Shown here piece by piece: positions 31,393 through 36,423 of a stretch of 36,423 nucleotides of DNA (position 1 is the first letter of the stretch; each line of letters starts with the position of its first letter). The DNA lies in contig ONVG01000001.1 in assembly GCA_900321195.1 (NCBI GenBank), positions 1-36,423 on the forward strand, written 5' to 3'. This stretch comes from an uncultured Eubacteriales bacterium (GTDB lineage: Bacteria; Bacillota; Clostridia; Oscillospirales; Acutalibacteraceae). The notes under the pieces were generated by a model. It had not been told where the DNA came from, searched no databases, and saw only the letters and a program-made list of their open reading frames with translations. Position numbers and translations under genes: made by a program.

Positions 31393-32825
31393 GAATAAAG
31401 TTCGCTTTCACCCTCGAGTACATCCTCAAATTCCTGCTCTCTGTCTTCCGGGAAACGAAATCCCCACATATGCAGCAAGTTATAAAGATCAACATAACCT
31501 TTTGCCGCTGACGCATCGTAATAACCCGAATAGCTTTCAATCATACTTCGGCTGATCTCCAGTGCATGTACTGCTACATGAGCGATCTGCAATGCTACAG
31601 GCACACGTTTAAGCTTTTTCCTGACAGTTTCTCTTTCATCATCAGTTAATTGATAGTATGACTTGTCCATGAATATTCCGACAAAATCATTAAGCCCGGC
31701 AGTACCGTGAATATCCATAAGTATATCCCATGCAAAGCGAAGCTCCCGATCAGAACAGAAATTACCACCACCCATAAGCCCGGAAGATTTTTCCTTGATC
31801 AGCTGTTCAAGATAGTACCTCATCTCTTTGACTATTTCTTTTGTAATCTCAAAAACCTGTCTGCAATTGGATTTTATTTTTCGCTGCTTCTTTTCCTCTT
31901 CGGTCAGTTCTTTTTTCTCTTTCTTCTTTTTCCTGAGAACGTATATCGTCTGATAACTCTGCGTGTATATCATCCCGTCCTCAACTTTGAAAGTAAGCTT
32001 TATCGGCGGATCAGCAGTAAGGTCAAATTTTTTAACGGTTTCGACCTTGCCTGAGTCCCAGATGATATTTCTCGCTTCCGCATCAAAAGGTATTCCTGCG
32101 CTTTTCATCAGCTTATCTATGGCCGCCTTGCATACTTTTGCTTTTTCTTCCCTCAGCTCATTGATTATGAAATTCTTCAGCACAGATGAGCTGTGTGATC
32201 TTTTAAGCAGTTCATTCCTTTTCTTTACATTCTTTATCTTTTCAAGCTCTCTGAGATCGTCAAGGGATACCTGCCACTCCTCATGTGCTTTCCGGAGCGT
32301 ATCACTGTCAAGCTGAGCAATATTCAGCCTTCGCCGGACAGTGGTTTCGGAGAACCCTGTCCGCTGAGAGATAGTCTGTACAGTTTCGCCTAAGTCAAAC
32401 ATAAGCTGAAACCCCTGAGCCTGTTCAATGACGGTCAGATCATTCCTCTGCATATTTTCTTCAAGCATGATACCGACCTGTTCCGCCTTGCTCAGACCTT
32501 CTGCGATCAGACAGGGAAGAACTTCAAGCCCCGCTCTTTTTGCAGCTTCAAAACGCCTGTTTCCGATCAGAACATAGAAAAAACCTATCTTGTCCGACTG
32601 AATAACAGTGAGATTCTGCATAATACCGTTTTTGCGTATGCTGTCGGTAAGTTCCGAGATATCGCCTATAGCTTTTCGTGGGTTGTCGGGATGATGAAGA
32701 AGATTTTCTATTTCTATCATCTTGATTTTTCCGTCAGTATGATTTATACTGATATCAGACCTTATTTCGAGTTCCGCTGTCGGTGCATCCGTGCCGGCGG
32801 CGGAATTTTCTTTTTTATCAAACAT
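31377..32825 (-). CDS. ParB/Srx N-terminal-domain protein with HTH (orphan; no ParA in the window)
   Basis: HHPDNPRK and LIGNRRFEAAKRAG (ParB box), then HTH ISQRTGFSETTVRRRL. GAGGAGG RBS ahead of the ATG at 32825. Confidence 0.75.
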   Translation of the reverse strand: MFDKKENSAAGTDAPTAELEIRSDISINHTDGKIKMIEIENLLHHPDNPRKAIGDISELTDSIRKNGIMQNLTVIQSDKIGFFYVLIGNRRFEAAKRAGLEVLPCLIAEGLSKAEQVGIMLEENMQRNDLTVIEQAQGFQLMFDLGETVQTISQRTGFSETTVRRRLNIAQLDSDTLRKAHEEWQVSLDDLRELEKIKNVKKRNELLKRSHSSSVLKNFIINELREEKAKVCKAAIDKLMKSAGIPFDAEARNIIWDSGKVETVKKFDLTADPPIKLTFKVEDGMIYTQSYQTIYVLRKKKKEKKELTEEEKKQRKIKSNCRQVFEITKEIVKEMRYYLEQLIKEKSSGLMGGGNFCSDRELRFAWDILMDIHGTAGLNDFVGIFMDKSYYQLTDDERETVRKKLKRVPVALQIAHVAVHALEISRSMIESYSGYYDASAAKGYVDLYNLLHMWGFRFPEDREQEFEDVLEGESELYSVNNE

Positions 32826-32836
32826 TGTTATCCTCC

Positions 32837-33055
32837 TCAAAAATCTCCGATACAATCATATTTTTCTTTTAACTGCCGACAACTTTCATCAGTTTTCAAG
32901 AAAGCATATATTTTTTTACCGCTGAATTGCGGCAGACCGTTCGTGATCCACACATATCCTTTAGGATTTGTTGTTGCGTTAGCCTGAATTTTCCATCCAT
33001 CCGGCATTTCATCATAAACGTCAATGTAAAATTTTCCGAATTTAAGTTTATTCAT
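32837..33055 (-). CDS. hypothetical protein
   Basis: 72-aa ORF, tightly packed. Confidence 0.45.
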   Translation of the reverse strand: MNKLKFGKFYIDVYDEMPDGWKIQANATTNPKGYVWITNGLPQFSGKKIYAFLKTDESCRQLKEKYDCIGDF

Positions 33056-33507
33056 TTTATCACCGCCCAGCCCCAGAGCTTATCTTTGAATTGCTGTTGT
33101 AAGGAAAGCATCTCAAATTTACCGATAACAACGACTTTAAGCCCTGAATAGTCCTTTGCAAACTGTGCAAGTACAGTTTCACTTCTCTCATTCATCCAGC
33201 CTTTTACTTCGTGTATCTCATAGGTGCCGTCTTTGTAGAAAACAATAAAGTCAGGTCTGTAAGCCTGCTGTTTTCTTCCTCTTGTTTCGACTTCCTCAGA
33301 GAATCCAAATTTTGTTGTGTTGCGTACCCATCCGGCGATCTGACCGCTGTCATAGAGATAATCAAGATAGAGAGCATAGTCATATTCATAATTACTGTCC
33401 AGACTGCACACCTGATTAAGCGAGCTGACATATTTTCTATGAATAGATATAACCTGTTTCCCGCTTCTTTTCTCGCTGAGTACCCTGTTTTTTGGTATTT
33501 CTATCAT
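33052..33507 (-). CDS. PD-(D/E)xK nuclease-fold protein (DUF1064/TnsA-N-like)
   Basis: YRPDFIVFYKDGTYEIHEVKG matches a D...E.K core. Confidence 0.5.
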   Translation of the reverse strand: MIEIPKNRVLSEKRSGKQVISIHRKYVSSLNQVCSLDSNYEYDYALYLDYLYDSGQIAGWVRNTTKFGFSEEVETRGRKQQAYRPDFIVFYKDGTYEIHEVKGWMNERSETVLAQFAKDYSGLKVVVIGKFEMLSLQQQFKDKLWGWAVIK

Positions 33508-33522
33508 TTGTAAGCCACCTCA

Positions 33523-33801
33523 TTATTTTTTTATCCATGTTCTTTCATTGATTTTTACGAAATCACTGTATGCCATAACTTCTTCGGTAAGCTCATCGAG
33601 GAAGTATACATAAAACTTCCTGTCCGGTTCTTGAAATTCATCATGTGTACAATCGAACACCATTCCGAACTTATAGCCCGGGTAATTCTGTTGAAGCCAC
33701 AAATAGACTTCATCAATGTTTTTCACCCCGGAGAACACGAACATATCCCGTCCGTATCCGTCCTGCCGATCATCATAGACCTTCATCTTATCACCACCCA
33801 T
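33523..33801 (-). CDS. hypothetical protein
   Basis: 92-aa ORF. Confidence 0.45.
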   Translation of the reverse strand: MGGDKMKVYDDRQDGYGRDMFVFSGVKNIDEVYLWLQQNYPGYKFGMVFDCTHDEFQEPDRKFYVYFLDELTEEVMAYSDFVKINERTWIKK

Positions 33802-34013
33802 CCCCTCGCAGCGTCAAAGCCTGTGCTTAGGTCCGACTTGATGATCTCGCCTGCCTTCTGCTTTTTCGGCTTGCTATCGCTTCTTATGAGAGTCTCACGC
33901 TCCGCTGCAAGGAACTTAATTACCTTGTCAAGCTCCCCGACCGTGTCGATCGGCGCCGACATTTTTACACCACTATTGGTTCTGATTTTTACGCTTCCCA
34001 TTGCATTAATCAT
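33783..34013 (-). CDS. hypothetical small protein, paralog of 2681..2872
   Basis: MGSVKIRTNSGVKMSAPIDTV aligns with MGKISIKENSGVNFTAPLDTI. Confidence 0.5.
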   Translation of the reverse strand: MINAMGSVKIRTNSGVKMSAPIDTVGELDKVIKFLAAERETLIRSDSKPKKQKAGEIIKSDLSTGFDAARGWVVIR

Positions 34014-34773
34014 CCTTGATTCCGAAATGAATTTTTACAACTTCAACTGCCGCTAAGTATTCTTTAGCATAAACATTGTCGGCGTGCGTTTCTTTTACTT
34101 TCGCTGCAAACTCATCCAACGTGCCGTAAAAACATCCGCAGCATACTGACACACCGCCTTTTTTATTGTTATAAAATGTTGTATTCCTATATTTCGAGCC
34201 TAAACCCTTAATACAAATGTAATCAGCATCACCGCAGACCTCTGCATTATCGCAGACCCTTGCATCACCGTAGACCCTTGCATCACCGTAGACCCTTGCA
34301 TCACCGAAGACCCTTGCATCACCGCAGACCCTTGCATCACCGCAGACCCTTGCATCACCGTAGACCCTTGCATCACCGAAGACCTCTGCATTATCGCTGA
34401 CCTCTGCATTACCGCTGACCCTTGCATCACCGCAGACCTCTGCATTATCGCTGACCCTTGCATCACCGTAGACCCTTGCATCACCGTAGACCCATGTATC
34501 ACCGCAGACCCTTGCATCACCGCAGACCCTTGCATCACCGAAGACCCTTGCGTCACCGCAGACCCTTGCATCACCGAAGACCCTTGCATCACCGCAGACC
34601 TCTGCATTATCGCTGACCCATGCGTTGCCTTCATCACTGAGGTTTGCTCTTTTTTTAATAAATCCGCCGAGTTCCCCAGCCTTAACATTCCCAAAGTCAG
34701 TTATAGCTTTAATTCGGTGTAATGCTATTCCGTTTACAACTTTTATTTCATCTGTAAACTCATATTTTCCCAT
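34006..34773 (-). CDS. hexapeptide-repeat (left-handed beta-helix-like) protein
   Basis: About 22 consecutive GDARVx / SDNAEV hexads encoded by near-identical 18-nt DNA repeats, with non-repetitive N- and C-terminal domains. Confidence 0.7.
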   Translation of the reverse strand: MGKYEFTDEIKVVNGIALHRIKAITDFGNVKAGELGGFIKKRANLSDEGNAWVSDNAEVCGDARVFGDARVCGDARVFGDARVCGDARVCGDTWVYGDARVYGDARVSDNAEVCGDARVSGNAEVSDNAEVFGDARVYGDARVCGDARVCGDARVFGDARVYGDARVYGDARVCDNAEVCGDADYICIKGLGSKYRNTTFYNNKKGGVSVCCGCFYGTLDEFAAKVKETHADNVYAKEYLAAVEVVKIHFGIKDD

Positions 34774-34842
34774 TGTTTTGCTTCTCCTCTCGTATTAACC
34801 ACACTGCAAGCAATAAATCCTGCCTTTTCCGTTTATGCGCTT

Positions 34843-35052
34843 TCACCCTGCTCTTTCCCTGATCCAGTCCATTAGCAGATTTTCGTATATCTCATAAACC
34901 CACTGCCCGCACTGAATAGCCACACCAAACGGATAAACCCGCTGCTGTAAACCCAGCCCGAGTTTATTCGGGTCTGTTTTCATCCCGTATTCTGCAAGTA
35001 TTTCGCAGGCTCTCTTTGTGGTAATGACATTTATTTTCGGAATTTCTGCCAT
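34843..35052 (-). CDS. small DNA-binding protein, excisionase-like pattern (weak)
   Basis: ITTKRACEILAEYG...VYEIYENLLMDWI resembles Xis/MerR-type winged HTH proteins. Confidence 0.3.
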   Translation of the reverse strand: MAEIPKINVITTKRACEILAEYGMKTDPNKLGLGLQQRVYPFGVAIQCGQWVYEIYENLLMDWIRERAG

Positions 35053-35131
35053 ACTGTTTTCTGTTCTGCCAGAATTGAAATCACCCGATTCACAAATACT
35101 TTTTCATCGTTCTGTATCTCTTTATTCATTT

Positions 35132-35305
35132 TCAGTCGTCCTTCCTGAGCTTAGCCCGTTTAACGCTAACGCTTTCATCTTCTTTCGGTTCGACCTGTTT
35201 CCAGGTCTGATACAAAGCCCAGGCTATAGGCAGATGAACCCATTTAAGCGACAGAGCCCTTTCATAGTTTTTCCTCAGCAGCCTTTCCGCTGTTTCTAAT
35301 TTCAT
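35132..35305 (-). CDS. hypothetical protein (start refined)
   Basis: GGAGGG RBS 6 nt ahead of the ATG at 35305. The longer ORF-track version overlaps the upstream gene. Confidence 0.4.
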   Translation of the reverse strand: MKLETAERLLRKNYERALSLKWVHLPIAWALYQTWKQVEPKEDESVSVKRAKLRKDD

Positions 35306-35684
35306 GGTCAACCCTCCAGTTCCAATCCTCAATAGCTTCTTTTTCTGATTTGCACCATAGTGGTGAACCCATTCCCATAAACCACTTGCACTTGCTGTTT
35401 CCACACGTAACATAATATGCCTTACGCCATGGAATATCCTCTACTATAATCGCAGCACTCCCACAGGACGGACACGGCTTCAATTTTTCATTCTTCCTGA
35501 GTTCCGTGTGCGCTGCAAGCCATTTCAAAGCGTGATAGTAATCACGTTTTTTTAAAATAGTGTTGCTTGTCGGCTTAACTTCTGAAATTTTTTTGCAGGC
35601 TTCAAGCTTTGCCTCGTCCGGATATAAGCATCTTTCAATGTTCATCACGATTGTACAAGCCTGTTCCATATTCATCACTATCAC
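35262..35684 (-). CDS. Lar-like restriction-alleviation-type zinc-ribbon protein with N-terminal extension
   Basis: LKPCPSCGS...VTCGNSKCKW...EAIEDWNWR follows the pattern LKPCPFCGG...C..C...EAI.AWNRR. Confidence 0.5.
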   Translation of the reverse strand: MIVMNMEQACTIVMNIERCLYPDEAKLEACKKISEVKPTSNTILKKRDYYHALKWLAAHTELRKNEKLKPCPSCGSAAIIVEDIPWRKAYYVTCGNSKCKWFMGMGSPLWCKSEKEAIEDWNWRVDHEIRNSGKAAEEKL

Positions 35685-35763
35685 TCCATTTCAATCCTTG
35701 TTTGCTGCGAATAAAGCCGAGATAAAAAAGCCGAACACAGCCCCGACGATCCAGCAAATCAAG

Positions 35764-36021
35764 TTAATAAGAACCTCTTCCACAATCATCCCCCCTAACT
35801 CCGGGATCATAATTATCTAAATATTTCACGACAGTTTTTCCATCGCTGAATTTTTCATATATTGCCACACACAGACCGTCTGCATATAATTTTTGTGTTG
35901 AAACAATTTTTGGTGTTCTGAGCCTTCTTTTACAGTAGTCACAGAACTGACCGCCCTGATCCGGCGCACCACATGAAGGACATTCATTAATCAAATAATT
36001 TTTTATATCATCCATTTTCAC
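35764..36021 (-). CDS. hypothetical zinc-ribbon protein
   Basis: CPSCGA...CDYCKRR. Confidence 0.45.
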   Translation of the reverse strand: MKMDDIKNYLINECPSCGAPDQGGQFCDYCKRRLRTPKIVSTQKLYADGLCVAIYEKFSDGKTVVKYLDNYDPGVRGDDCGRGSY

Positions 36022-36027
36022 ACCATA

Positions 36028-36354
36028 TTATTTCTTATATTTAGCCAGAAAAGTTTGAAGCTCATCCGCCCCACCGGTATTTTCCGGGAGCAGCCCCACC
36101 AGACTATTCACAACGGCAACGAAGTTCTTAACGAGCTGCATATAGGTTTCACCCTTGCTTGATTTTTTAACGCCGCTTTGATCCTTGCCATTCTGGTAAG
36201 TTTCGACCCAGCCTTCTTTTTTAAGATCCTTTTGCAGCTGTCTGAGCTGCGCTTCAATAAATTCCACCTGCTTAACGAGAGCCGCCGCCAGCTCCTTTCG
36301 GTTGCCCTCTGCCATCGCCTTGATCTCGCCTTTGGTTTTCACAAATCCCGCCAA
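36028..36354 (-). CDS. hypothetical protein (faint P27-type small-terminase-like pattern)
   Basis: 108-aa ORF. LKKEGWVETYQNGKDQSGVKKSSKGE resembles the keG.v..nG...knP segment, but the gene lies 9 kb from terL. Confidence 0.4.
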   Translation of the reverse strand: MAGFVKTKGEIKAMAEGNRKELAAALVKQVEFIEAQLRQLQKDLKKEGWVETYQNGKDQSGVKKSSKGETYMQLVKNFVAVVNSLVGLLPENTGGADELQTFLAKYKK

Positions 36355-36423
36355 TTCATCCTCACTCCTTTCAATTCGTCCAACCTACACCCCCCTCGCG
36401 CGTACTATGCGTTAATATGGTAG

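Noticed and set aside
34225-34625. Diversity-generating retroelement target, suggested by variation focused at one codon position
   Set aside because: No reverse transcriptase or template repeat is present in the window, and the variable base is not restricted to adenine-templated positions.
34200-34694. Alternative-frame ORF (MQGSAVMQGS...) inside the hexapeptide-repeat gene
   Set aside because: This is a shadow frame created by the 18-nt periodicity. The 34006..34773 frame has proper non-repetitive termini and a sensible start.
35691-35762. Possible 23-aa hydrophobic peptide (LICWIVGAVFGFFISALFAANKD) after 35764..36021
   Set aside because: It has a TTG start and only a weak SD, and it is very short. 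Evidence is insufficient to annotate it.
36028-36354. P27-family small terminase
   Set aside because: The resemblance is limited to a short segment, and the gene is 9 kb and more than 20 genes away from terL. It is kept as hypothetical.
1-36423. The window as one complete closed circular genome (joining 36423 to 1)
   Set aside because: Joining the ends would terminate the HNH-like ORF after about 36 codons (..TDGYHINA stop). Sequence is therefore missing between the ends, or the window is a slice of a larger molecule.

Overview
The window is almost entirely one temperate siphovirus-type phage genome with an HK97-like head module and Gram-positive/Clostridia-style signals (AAAGGGGTG-type ribosome binding sites (RBS), SPOR-containing lysin). 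It is in replicative (attP) gene order, not integrated order. Nearly all genes are on the minus strand. Reading from 36.4 kb down they are: accessory/early genes (zinc-ribbon and Lar-like proteins, hexapeptide-repeat protein, PD-(D/E)xK nuclease, orphan ParB-like protein, multi-HTH protein), then TerL, portal, prohead protease, major capsid, head-tail joining genes, major tail, chaperone, tape measure, distal tail and fibre genes, holin and endolysin. Next comes an attP-like region (7258-7498) carrying a tRNA 3'-end fragment and arm-type repeats. A plus-strand lysogeny module follows (CI-like repressor, two cargo genes, integrase), then minus-strand Cro-like, HUH Rep-like, VRR-NUC and regulator genes, and a truncated HNH start at the left edge. 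Most worth a second look: (1) an AT-rich operon of CI-like repressor, membrane-anchored degenerate DEDD-exonuclease-like protein and 6TM voltage-sensor-type K+ channel, laid out like lambda cI-rexA-rexB, a candidate novel exclusion/abortive-infection system; (2) a self-contained type I toxin-antitoxin-like cassette (31-aa hydrophobic peptide, near-consensus convergent promoters, antisense sRNA, sequestered Shine-Dalgarno (SD) sequence) between tail chaperone and tape measure; (3) complementary 7-nt repeat arrays placed at stop codons and just upstream of RBSs, which bracket late gene blocks; (4) two copies of a structured element (tandem 20/37-nt repeats plus a long hairpin) whose repeats contain a parS-like half-site, near the orphan ParB-like gene. 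All functional calls come from reading translations and motifs by eye; no database search was possible.
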